Assembly: GCA_038878295.1 (NCBI GenBank)
Contig: JAVZVY010000006.1
Location: forward strand, 1 to 34,299
Direction of reading: 5' to 3'
Origin: Candidatus Micrarchaeaceae archaeon
GTDB lineage: Archaea > Micrarchaeota > Micrarchaeia > Micrarchaeales > CABMGC01
DNA length: 34,299 nt
The notes under the pieces were generated by a model. It did not search any database. It was given only the letters and a program-made list of their open reading frames with translations, and was not told where the DNA came from. Below are positions 1 to 8,700 of the stretch, piece after piece. The number at the start of each line of letters is the position of its first letter. Position 1 is the stretch's first letter. The position numbers were made by a program, and so were the translations under genes.

Positions 1-16
1 TTTTTTATATATTAGA

Positions 17-757
17 GTGGTGCGAATGCGGCTGCAGTCTGCTATCGAGTTTTTGACTACCTATGCATGGGTGTTCATAATTATTGCGGTCTTCATAGCT
101 GTGATTTCTGCTTTCATAAGCATAAAAAATCCGATAGGCTTTGTGCCTTCGTCATGCTATATCGCCCCTGAACTTCCATGCTACACATTGGCGTTTATGA
201 GCAATTCGTCGGCATCTACGTTTATAATAATTTTTTCGAACAACATAGGCGCAACCATGCAGTTTCCAGCTAATTCCATAACGCTAATACCGACTACTGC
301 AGGCACATCTTTCACTGGAAGCTGCCTGCCAGCAAACGTGCCTAACGGCGCAAGCGTAGTGTGCAAAGTCATAGCAAACGGTTATACTCCTTCTATAGGT
401 TCGCAGGCCACGCCGAGTTATACGCTTACATACGATGCGTGCTATGCGGGTAAGTGCACGGGCCCTTACAATTCCACAGGATTCGGCACAGTGAGCATAT
501 CCGCATACAAGCAAGTGGTAGCCTCGGTAAATGTCATCCCCACAAACTCAATAACTATCGTATTGAACGGCGAAAGCGTTTCCCAGAGCGCCGCTTTTTA
601 TTTCGTAACGGGCAAGGATTATTACTTATATGCGATTGTGCCGAATGGCGCTGCGTTCGGCGGCTGGTCCGTTACAGGGGGCATCACCCTAAACTCGACA
701 ACGTCAAAGACTGTGGTTGCCACGGTCTCTGGTAGCGGGAGCATAACTGCGGTTTAG
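17..757 (+). CDS. Archaeal pilin-like surface protein with class III signal peptide
   Basis: N-terminus RMRLQSAIEFLTTYAW followed by a hydrophobic stretch matches the class III (prepilin) signal; Ser/Thr/Gly-rich body with 6 Cys; start GTG 17 or ATG 26. Confidence 0.8.
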   Translation: MVRMRLQSAIEFLTTYAWVFIIIAVFIAVISAFISIKNPIGFVPSSCYIAPELPCYTLAFMSNSSASTFIIIFSNNIGATMQFPANSITLIPTTAGTSFTGSCLPANVPNGASVVCKVIANGYTPSIGSQATPSYTLTYDACYAGKCTGPYNSTGFGTVSISAYKQVVASVNVIPTNSITIVLNGESVSQSAAFYFVTGKDYYLYAIVPNGAAFGGWSVTGGITLNSTTSKTVVATVSGSGSITAV

Positions 758-772
758 CTCAGACATATGAAT

Positions 773-1852
773 CTAGAAGATGCTTTCTATTACTATATCT
801 GGTTTGTATTTTATAAGGTCGCCGTATTTTTCGCCTGTGCCGAAAAACAAGATAGGTATGCTTGTTTCGCTCAGTATTGAAAGCGTGTTGCCGCCTTTTG
901 CATCAACATCAAGCTTTGTCAGTATTATTCCATCCAGTTTGATCGCTTCGTTGAACTGCCTAACCTGCTCGAGAAGCGCGTTTCCTGCAATGCTTTCGCC
1001 GACAAATATTTTCATGTCTGGCTTTGCTACCCTTTCTATTTTCTTCATTTCTTCTACAAGACTCCTGTTTGTTTCCTGCCTGCCAGCCGTGTCTATCAAT
1101 ACTATGTCCATGCCCTTTGCCTTCGCATGGGCTATCGCGTCAAATGCGACGCTTGCGGGATCCGCGCCATAGCCGCTCTTTACTATTTCTATGCCAAGCT
1201 TTTCAGCATGCATGACTGCCTGTTCTATTGCTGCGGCCCTGAAGGTATCCGCTGCGGCAACTACGCACGAGAGCCCTGCATCCATGAACAGCCTCGCCAT
1301 TTTCGCTATTGTCGTTGTTTTGCCAGCGCCGTTAGGTCCGACGAAAAGTATCTTGAAAGGTTTGCCATTGGTTTTTATCTTAGATTTAGCTGATTCTATT
1401 ATGTCGTAGTCAGCGCCCTTATTAAGTATGTCGAGCATCGCGGCCTTCGCTGAGTCCCTTATTTCTGAATCTATCCTTTTTGAATCGACGCTCATGCCAA
1501 CAAGACGCTTCTTCAAAGTTTCTGCGAAATGCTCTGTTGTTTCGTACGCAACATCAGACTTAAGCAGCACCAGTCTAAACTGGTCGACAAAAGAATCAAC
1601 ATCAGCTTCCTTAAGCTCTACTGTTTTGAATAATGCGCTCTTCAATTTTGTCGATGCGGTGATTTTTGGCCGAGGCATTGTTTCCGCGCTAGATTCCACC
1701 GGTCTCTCGACGCTCTTTTCATTGCTTGCCGCATTTTCAGTCTCTACAGCAGTTGCATTGGGCGCGGTACCGCCGGCTTCAATCTTCTCCTTTTCCCTTG
1801 CAGAAAAGGAGTTTATAAATCCAGATATCTTCTTTTTAAGGCTTTCAAACAT
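773..1852 (-). CDS. ftsY: Signal recognition particle receptor FtsY
   Basis: GPNGAGKTTTIAK, DTFRAAA, DTAGR, TKLD and GTGE SRP-GTPase motifs. Confidence 0.97.
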   Translation of the reverse strand: MFESLKKKISGFINSFSAREKEKIEAGGTAPNATAVETENAASNEKSVERPVESSAETMPRPKITASTKLKSALFKTVELKEADVDSFVDQFRLVLLKSDVAYETTEHFAETLKKRLVGMSVDSKRIDSEIRDSAKAAMLDILNKGADYDIIESAKSKIKTNGKPFKILFVGPNGAGKTTTIAKMARLFMDAGLSCVVAAADTFRAAAIEQAVMHAEKLGIEIVKSGYGADPASVAFDAIAHAKAKGMDIVLIDTAGRQETNRSLVEEMKKIERVAKPDMKIFVGESIAGNALLEQVRQFNEAIKLDGIILTKLDVDAKGGNTLSILSETSIPILFFGTGEKYGDLIKYKPDIVIESIF

Positions 1853-2269
1853 CTAATTGCCTTTTGCTTCGATGGCGCCAAGCCGATATGATATGTCAAG
1901 CAACGCATTTTCGACCTGTTTCCTTTCATCGCTTATCTGCTTTATGAACGATTCGGTCTTACTGCGATTTTCCTCCAGGAACTTTTTTGCGTCCTCTGCG
2001 CTTTTTTCCACAATGTACCCTGCGCCAACGTAGACCATTATCTTGTTGTTGCTGGTCATTTTGACTTCTACGTAAGTGCCGGCGCCGAGATTTAACAGGA
2101 TATTGCTTGATTTAAGCTCGCTGATCTTTGCGAGAGCGTCTATGTTTGCACTCATCATGTTGGACGTTGAAACTGAATTCGAGATTATTTCAGAGAGTTC
2201 CCTGTAATTTTCCTCATAAAGCTGCTGCATAAGTCTGAGCTCTTCTATTTCATTTTCCTCCTCGACCAT
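1853..2269 (-). CDS. pfdA: Prefoldin subunit alpha
   Basis: Coiled coil / LGAGTYV..VYVGAGYIVEK / coiled coil; conserved position between eIF6 and ftsY; ATG 2269 preceded by GGTGG. Confidence 0.92.
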   Translation of the reverse strand: MVEEENEIEELRLMQQLYEENYRELSEIISNSVSTSNMMSANIDALAKISELKSSNILLNLGAGTYVEVKMTSNNKIMVYVGAGYIVEKSAEDAKKFLEENRSKTESFIKQISDERKQVENALLDISYRLGAIEAKGN

Positions 2270-2315
2270 CTTACCACCCAAATTTCTGAGGCATGCGTAA
2301 GCCTCAATTAATTAT

Positions 2316-2996
2316 TTACTCGAGTCCAAGAGCATTGGATATCCGAGCTAGCTCGAAACCGCTTGTAGAGCTTCCAATTATCATGCCTTTTGAGTTAGCT
2401 AGAACCGCCAAGCCGAGATATGTTGAACCAAAATTCGCCGTGGCGTAGTCTACAGGCAACTTTGCTGCGGCCTCGATCTTTGCTTTTTCGGCTTCGCTGC
2501 TTCTGTCTGTTATGGCTATGCCCCTGTTTGTAAAGACGCTAACTGCGCCTATTGTAGAATAGCCAGCTATCCGCATTTTTATCACTTCTACATCCAGCAT
2601 GTCCGCTATAATTTTCGTCTCTTTCGAACTGTATCCAGGATTCACGAATGCTGTTTTGTTGTTTGCTGAGATGTTGTTGCCGAGGGCGTTAAGGTCGCTG
2701 TCAAGACGTGCCACCTGCGCGCCGTTTATTGCGTTTACCTCTGTCTTTATGTATTTCAGCTCCTTGTCGCTTGCGTCTCTCTGAAGTAGGATGCCCTTTG
2801 AATTTGCTACTGCATACACGCCAAGAAGGTAAGAGCCATCAACGCTTGCGGTTATCACTGGAGTCTCAAGCGCTTTATTAAGCAATTCTTTCTTGCTCTC
2901 GCTAAGCACGTTCCCTATTAATGTGAATTCGTCTGTTGCTATGCCGAATGCGCCTATATAGTCGCTGCCCCTTATTTCAGTTTTTATAATTCCCAT
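2316..2996 (-). CDS. eif6: Translation initiation factor 6 (aIF6)
   Basis: Repeated G-x-x-x-x-ANSKG/ANNK units, ATANFGS.YLG, GFELARI; conserved synteny. Confidence 0.95.
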   Translation of the reverse strand: MGIIKTEIRGSDYIGAFGIATDEFTLIGNVLSESKKELLNKALETPVITASVDGSYLLGVYAVANSKGILLQRDASDKELKYIKTEVNAINGAQVARLDSDLNALGNNISANNKTAFVNPGYSSKETKIIADMLDVEVIKMRIAGYSTIGAVSVFTNRGIAITDRSSEAEKAKIEAAAKLPVDYATANFGSTYLGLAVLANSKGMIIGSSTSGFELARISNALGLE

Positions 2997-3007
2997 GATC
3001 AGCCTGT

Positions 3008-3340
3008 TTACTTCTGAGCAGGCTGCGCCACCTGCTTCGCGCTTGCGTCGGCCTTCGGCTTTTGCTGCAGATCGCCAGCCTTGGCGTTCTTGCCAACTTC
3101 GGCACTTACGGTAACAAATTCGCCGCTTCTCTTAATGGCAACCTTGACATGCCTTATTTTGCTAACGTTTTTTATGAGGAATTCGTTGAGCTTTCTGTCT
3201 ATCTTTATCTCTGATTCTTTGGCCTTAGCTAGCCTTGCAGCCTCGCGCCGCAGGTATCTTGCGACCTTTTTGACGCGTTTCCTATGGCTCGCTGCGCCGA
3301 GTTTCTTGCCAAGATTGATGTTTGCCACAAAATTGTCCAC
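3008..3340 (-). CDS. rpl31e: 50S ribosomal protein L31e (divergent, with C-terminal tail)
   Basis: INL..KRVKKVARYLR..IKIDRKLNE pattern; lies between L39e and eIF6; GTG start with GGT upstream. Confidence 0.85.
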   Translation of the reverse strand: MDNFVANINLGKKLGAASHRKRVKKVARYLRREAARLAKAKESEIKIDRKLNEFLIKNVSKIRHVKVAIKRSGEFVTVSAEVGKNAKAGDLQQKPKADASAKQVAQPAQK

Positions 3341-3347
3341 AAAACCA

Positions 3348-3506
3348 CTATGCTTTTATCCTCAACTTGTTTCTACGCCATTCGCGCCTGAACTTGTTGT
3401 ATTCTATGCGCCTGTGCGTGCGCACTATGGCAAGAACAGGTATCCTGCGCGACCTCTTAAGCCTCTTGCCCAGCATCATCTTCTTCTGCATGCTCTTTTT
3501 GCTCAT
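3348..3506 (-). CDS. rpl39e: 50S ribosomal protein L39e (52 aa, absent from ORF track)
   Basis: Manual translation MSKKSMQKKMMLGKRLKRSRRIPVLAIVRTHRRIEYNKFRREWRRNKLRIKA*; RR.WRR.KL motif; AGGTG SD upstream. Confidence 0.93.
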   Translation of the reverse strand: MSKKSMQKKMMLGKRLKRSRRIPVLAIVRTHRRIEYNKFRREWRRNKLRIKA

Positions 3507-3514
3507 TTTCACAC

Positions 3515-3826
3515 CTATTTATGCCTAAATTCTATCGTAGGCTCGCTCCTTGCTGTAAACCTCGAAAGTATCGAAAGTAGCTGTTCTTCCGTCATCTGTG
3601 AAACAAGCCTGCCGCTCTGAATCATCGCGAATATTACATCTGCGGCTTGCAGGTACAGATTGTAATTTGAAACCCTCACGTTCATCATTCTCTCATATGC
3701 GCTCGGCGTCAGATACTTCCTCAGCAGCGCAGAGCGTTGCTGCTCGATTTGCGCCTCCTTGATTTTCTTTGCGAGAAGCTTCCTGTACTTTTCATCTTCG
3801 TTCTGCTCCTCAGCCAATTCAAGCAC
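3515..3826 (-). CDS. PDCD5-like dsDNA-binding protein
   Basis: LRKYLTPSAYERMMNVR..MIQSGRL..EEQLLSIL..IEFRHK; canonical position after S19e. Confidence 0.9.
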   Translation of the reverse strand: MLELAEEQNEDEKYRKLLAKKIKEAQIEQQRSALLRKYLTPSAYERMMNVRVSNYNLYLQAADVIFAMIQSGRLVSQMTEEQLLSILSRFTARSEPTIEFRHK

Positions 3827-4235
3827 CCTTCGCTATTTCGCTGCTCAGTTTGTCCAAGAAGGACATGCCCAGCGGGGTTATAACCCTGCCCTTAGGCGTC
3901 TTCTTGATGTAGTTCAGTTTTTCCAACGCGTCGAAAGCATCCTTTATCATGCTCCTGCCAGCCTTGTAGTGGTGGTGCCTCCGTGTTGTATGCCTTTTCC
4001 TGTTGCCGTATCTTGTTGCAAGCCTCGAAATGCCGACTGGTCCGTTTAGGTAAACCTGGCGCAGTATGGAAGCGCACCTTATGTACCAGAAGTCCTCGTC
4101 AGCTGGAACGCGCTCCCTTCCGGCGCCGCTCTTGACTATGTTAACGTAGTATGGTTTAGGTATGTTCATTTCCTTAAGCTTGCTGCCGGCTAATTTCACA
4201 AGCGTCTCTGGATTCACATCTTTGATAGTGGACAC
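3819..4235 (-). CDS. rps19e: 30S ribosomal protein S19e
   Basis: VKSGAGRERVP..WYIRCASILRQVY..GPVGI..GRVITPLGMSFLD. Confidence 0.97.
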   Translation of the reverse strand: MSTIKDVNPETLVKLAGSKLKEMNIPKPYYVNIVKSGAGRERVPADEDFWYIRCASILRQVYLNGPVGISRLATRYGNRKRHTTRRHHHYKAGRSMIKDAFDALEKLNYIKKTPKGRVITPLGMSFLDKLSSEIAKGA

Positions 4236-4357
4236 TCAATAACCTCTTATATTTATTGGCACAAAAAATTAATATAAATAGCACCAACTTATAACATCAA
4301 CCGCTAAGTAATATGTAGTTATGCTCACAAAATGTTTTAAATGCTTATGGTGGCTTT

Positions 4358-4624
4358 ATGGACGTGAATATAATAGAGGATAAGTCTGACAGTTTCATAG
4401 CAGAGGTAACTGGAATGGATCGCGCCATTCTCGAGCTTATAAAAGACAGGCTGCTTAATGTCAAGGATGTTGACTTTGTAACGGTTGCCAAAGAGCATCC
4501 TGAAAGTCCTGCCGCAAGGCTAATTGTCAAAGCTTCAAAGAACCCGAAGAATCTTGTCGCAAAGGCCGTAGAGGAAGTCGAAGACGACATTAAGGAATTG
4601 CAGAATGAGATCAAAAGAAAGTAA
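4358..4624 (+). CDS. rpoL: DNA-directed RNA polymerase subunit L (Rpo11), divergent
   Basis: 88 aa; LIKDRLL..VDFV..EHP..RLIVK..NPK.LV..A pattern; DUF99 gene nearby. Confidence 0.75.
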   Translation: MDVNIIEDKSDSFIAEVTGMDRAILELIKDRLLNVKDVDFVTVAKEHPESPAARLIVKASKNPKNLVAKAVEEVEDDIKELQNEIKRK

Positions 4625-4633
4625 AATGATAAA

Positions 4634-5194
4634 ATGCCAGGACAAAAAGGAAAAGGTTTTACCGAGCGTGACTATAGAGCTGCGGCGATTGACCAACGGA
4701 GGTTCATACATGAAACAAAGCCATCGCTTGACAAGCTTCTTAATGAGTTGGAGAGCCATGTCTATGGCACAGCAATAATAACTTTCGTTGGAGCTAGAGA
4801 GAAGGAAGGGCATATATGGGATGCGCACAGGCAGGGGCCAAATGTGTTCTTCGGAGCAGAGCCGCAGCAGTGGCCCGCCTTCTATATCACATTTCTCGAC
4901 GCTGCAATCAAGAATGATGGTACTCTCGTTATCATACTCAGAAGCTTTCTGGACAAGAGGGACGATATAACGAAACTGCCAATAAAGGAACTGCGCGGTT
5001 ATATTGTAGATTTCGATCTCAATAGTGGTAATCTGAACTACATCCAAGTTAGCGCACGGAAGCTTGCAGAAAGCGAGAGCATAGATAGCGTTACGGGCAA
5101 GGCGATGCAGCCCGAACCAAGCGTTGTGTATTGCGGACCTGATGGAGATACCTTGAATGACTCCTTCATCGAGATAGATGGTAAAATGCTATGA
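4634..5194 (+). CDS. Hypothetical protein
   Basis: 186-aa ORF tightly packed between rpoL and DUF99 (ATGA overlap at 3' end); no motif recognised. Confidence 0.7.
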   Translation: MPGQKGKGFTERDYRAAAIDQRRFIHETKPSLDKLLNELESHVYGTAIITFVGAREKEGHIWDAHRQGPNVFFGAEPQQWPAFYITFLDAAIKNDGTLVIILRSFLDKRDDITKLPIKELRGYIVDFDLNSGNLNYIQVSARKLAESESIDSVTGKAMQPEPSVVYCGPDGDTLNDSFIEIDGKML

Positions 5195-5739
5195 AAGCGG
5201 GATCGAGGATAATCGCATTTGACGACGCGCCATTCAGGAAGGCTGATAAAAAATGCTTAGTTGTCGGCGTCGTAAAAAGGCAGAGTGAAGTAGAGGGCGT
5301 CTTGTCATTTAACGTTGATGTTGATGGCATCGATGCAACAAAGATGATGATAGAGCATATTTTGAAATCCAGATTCAAGAATCAGATAAGGCTTATTGCT
5401 ATAAATGGCATTGTTGTTGCCGGACTGAATGTCGTTGATATGGTAGCACTTTATAAGAAAATGGGCTTTCCTGTGATTGCTGTGACAAGGAGAAAGCCCC
5501 ATGCGGCACTGCTCGAAAATGCTGTAAGGAAATCGGGACGCAACGTCGAAATGAAACTAAAAATCCTCAGAAGGATCTCAAAAATAAAGATAGAAAGAAT
5601 TGGCGGTTTCTACGTCCAGCCATATGGCATTGCAGCAAAAGATGCTGAAAACTTGGTCGGTATTGCAGCTGGCGCGCTCCGTCTGGCGCATATGATTGCG
5701 AGCGGTGTCACATCAGGCGAATCAAAAGGCAGGTTATGA
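5191..5739 (+). CDS. DUF99 family (endonuclease V-like fold) protein
   Basis: RIIAFDDAPF..VDGIDAT..GIVVAGLNVVD..LRLAHMIASGV..GESKGR. Confidence 0.9.
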   Translation: MKAGSRIIAFDDAPFRKADKKCLVVGVVKRQSEVEGVLSFNVDVDGIDATKMMIEHILKSRFKNQIRLIAINGIVVAGLNVVDMVALYKKMGFPVIAVTRRKPHAALLENAVRKSGRNVEMKLKILRRISKIKIERIGGFYVQPYGIAAKDAENLVGIAAGALRLAHMIASGVTSGESKGRL

Positions 5740-5755
5740 AATATTGAAATTATGG

Positions 5756-6805
5756 TCAGATGTTTGCGCCCGTGATTACTGCAACAGACGAGCTTTTTAT
5801 GCCCAATTTTTTATAAGCCGCAATTGCGGCGACTGAGGCAAGCTCGACAGCCATGCCATAGTTTTCTAAAAAGAGCTTTTGCTCTAAAGCCATTGATTTT
5901 TCTGACACTGCAACAGCCTTGCCGAAAGTTTCTTTGAGTGCCTCCAATCCCTGCTTGCCATATGTTGGATAGCCAACAGCTATCGCGTCAGCCTTTGTTT
6001 CAGGCTTTTCATATTTGATGCCTGTTTTCTTCAGAAACGCCGAAACAAATGGCATGCATTTTTCCGATTGCACAGCAATTATTCTTGGGGTTTTGCCGAT
6101 CTGACCCGAGCCTTTCATCTCTCTGATGGCCTTGTACGTTGCACTCAGAAGTGTTGCATTGCCAACTGGCACTATAATATTTTCTATATCAGGTTTCGAT
6201 CTCATTATTTCATATACTATGGTTTTTTGACCCTCTTTTCTGTAGCAATAATCTCCACACAAAAATGCACCTTTCTTTTCAGAGTATTTCACTGCCAGAT
6301 TCTGCGCGGCATTGAAGTCCCCGCTTATTTGTGTTATTGTCGCATCGCCTACGCTTCTTATGTCGTTAACTTTATCCTTGTTCGCATTTCCGCTTATGAA
6401 TATTCTGGCTTTGATTCCATACAGCTTTGCATAATACGCTATTGAATACGCCATATTACCTGTAGATGCACACACCACTTCGTTATAGCCATACTCGCGA
6501 GCTTTTGAGATTTCTATAACAGAGCCTCTATCCTTGAACGAATGCGTGGGGTTCATGAATTCCAATTTAAGCCAAAGCGACTTCTCGATCGACTTGATCA
6601 TTGGAGTATTGCCCAGATAAAAATGCCTGTATCTGCCTTCGGGAAGTATTTTCTCCATGTCCCAGAAAGAGGATATTTCTTTTATTTTACTCATTTTGCC
6701 TTCGTATACCACTTCGAGGATTCCGTTACATTTGCTACATATTTGAGAGCCATACGAATTTTCAAATATTTCACCGCACTGCGTACATTCAAGATGATAC
6801 CTCAT
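5756..6805 (-). CDS. thrC: Threonine synthase-like PLP-dependent enzyme (fold type II)
   Basis: N-terminal CxxC..CxxC, LGNTP, NPTHSFKDRG (PLP Lys), ASTGN, EGQKT, VPVGN, ITG; start set at ATG 6805. Confidence 0.8.
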   Translation of the reverse strand: MRYHLECTQCGEIFENSYGSQICSKCNGILEVVYEGKMSKIKEISSFWDMEKILPEGRYRHFYLGNTPMIKSIEKSLWLKLEFMNPTHSFKDRGSVIEISKAREYGYNEVVCASTGNMAYSIAYYAKLYGIKARIFISGNANKDKVNDIRSVGDATITQISGDFNAAQNLAVKYSEKKGAFLCGDYCYRKEGQKTIVYEIMRSKPDIENIIVPVGNATLLSATYKAIREMKGSGQIGKTPRIIAVQSEKCMPFVSAFLKKTGIKYEKPETKADAIAVGYPTYGKQGLEALKETFGKAVAVSEKSMALEQKLFLENYGMAVELASVAAIAAYKKLGIKSSSVAVITGANI

Positions 6806-6987
6806 CAAATCCCTTCTTATGAAAATGTATGATGCATGTATAAAATTGCATTGCAAGACATTACACGGCTAAAGTTTATATAATTCACGATGGTACTGTG
6901 AAAGATCGGCTATTTTTTGCACGGTTGGTTTATAATGATGACCGTTATTTAGCTTTGATTTTGAGCGCTGCGCATGGAAGCAACTTT

Positions 6988-6995
6988 TTTATATA
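6988..6995 (+). promoter_or_regulatory. Candidate TATA box for pre-16S transcript
   Basis: TTTATATA about 100 nt upstream of the processing stem; further TATA-like boxes near 6875 and 6929. Confidence 0.4.
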
Positions 6996-8189
6996 TGTTT
7001 CTATACAATATTATTTGGTTGTTTTGTTCTTACAGACTCGTTTCTGTATTGAATTGTTAGGGCATTTGCCCATGAAAATTGCTGTTTGCAATTGGATGTA
7101 GTCTTGAAACATGCAAAAACTCGCAATTGTTTGCCGGCAACTCCAGTCGATGCTGCTGGCGGGCACTGCTATCAGATTCCGACAGCCATGCAAGTCAGCT
7201 CTATGGCTTCATAGGGCGGCGTACGGCTCAGTAACGCGTAGTTAATCTACCGCAGAGACAGGGATAACCTTGGGAAACTGAGGCTAATACCTGATAGGCT
7301 ATGGATCCTGGAATGGGCTTTAGCTCAAAGGTGCGCGAATTGCAGCGTAACCACTCTGCGATGAGACTGCGTCGGATTAGGCAGATGGCGGGGTAATGGC
7401 CCACCATACCATTGATCCGTAGGGGCTATGTAAGTAGGAGCCTCGAGAAGGGCACTGAGACAAGGGCCCTAGCGCTACGGCGTGCAGCAGGCGCGCAAAC
7501 TCCACAATGCGCGTAAGCGTGATGGGGGGAATCTGAGTGGCGCACTTAGGTGCGCCTTTTGCCAAGTATAGCAAGCTTGGCGAATAAGTGCTGGGTAAGA
7601 CCGGTGGCAGCCGCCACGGTAATACCGGCGGCACAAGTGGTGTCCTCGATTATTTGGCTTAAAGGGTCAGTAGCCGGTCGAAATGGTCCCATGTGAAATA
7701 TAGCTGCTCAACAGTTATGCTGGCATGGGATACCTTTCGGCTAGGGAGTGGGAGAGGTCAAGAGTACTTATGGGGTAGGGGTTAAATCCTATAATCCTAT
7801 AAGGACTACCAGTGGCGAAGGCGCTTGACCAGAACACATCCGACGGTGAGTGACGAAGGCTAGGAGAACGAATCGGATTAGATACCCGAGTAGCCCTAGC
7901 AGTAAATTATGCAGACTGTGGCGTTGCACTTTCTTAGAGATGGTGCAGTGCCGGAGCAAAAGTGTTAAGTCTGCCGCCTGGGGAGTACGGTCGCAAGATT
8001 GAAACTTAAAACAATTGGCGGGGGAGCACACAAGGGGTGGATGCTCCGGTTTAATTGAATCCAACGTCGGGAACATTACCTGGAGCGACGGCAGTGTGAT
8101 GGTCAGGCCAAAGACCTTACCAGACGAGCCGAGAGGTGGTGCATGGCGATCGTCAGTTCGTGGTGTGAACTGTCCGGTTAAGTCCGGTA

Positions 8190-8700
8190 AGCGGTTGAGT
8201 GGCTATGAAAGCGGAAGACGAAAATGAAAAAAGGCAAGCAATATACTACATTGCTGGCATCTACAGCAGGTGCGCGAATACAAACGAGATATACATAGAA
8301 ACAAGATTCGGCAATATCGCAGGCAGGTTTGCTGAAATTGCCCTGAAATATCTTGGCATAAGCCCTGAAAAGATTTTGATAAAGGATTTTGGAAATGCAA
8401 AAAGGGCTTCGTTCTACCATTCCAGATACGCAAAAGAATTCAGGCGCATCGCTGATAGAGAAACAAAAATTTTCACAAAGAAAAGCGATATAGCCGCAAG
8501 CTATGTTGCTGGTATGTTCGACGCGGCTGGTCGCATAGAGAAGGGCAAGCTAATCATAAAAGGGCTTTCCCCAAGCGATCAGATTATGCTTTCGAACTTA
8601 GGCATACATGCAAACGGCAATGCTATAATGAATGCAAGCGATTTCATTATGTTTATCAAAGGTTACAGTCTTCTGCTGGAGCACATTCGACTGCCCGGAA
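8190..8700 (+). mobile_element. Archaeal BHB/BHL-type rRNA intron, 511 nt, at about E. coli position 1101/1102
   Basis: 11-bp terminal stem GCGGTTGAGTG (8191-8201)/CATTCGACTGC (8684-8694), central CCGG/CCGG, bulges TA^A and AA^A; excision restores GTTAAGTCCGGTAACGAACGAGACC. Confidence 0.93.

Noticed and set aside
6898..7193. Short ORFs upstream of the 16S gene
   Set aside because: They overlap the rRNA promoter, leader and processing stem, with no protein-like features
7377..8227. ORFs 7377-7634, 7789-8076 and 8015-8227
   Set aside because: They lie within 16S rRNA exon sequence; only the last codons of the 8015-8227 frame matter, as the circle read-through frame
8190..8700. Group I or group II self-splicing intron
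   Set aside because: The ORF fills nearly the whole insert, leaving no room for a ribozyme core; the ends fit a BHB-type motif
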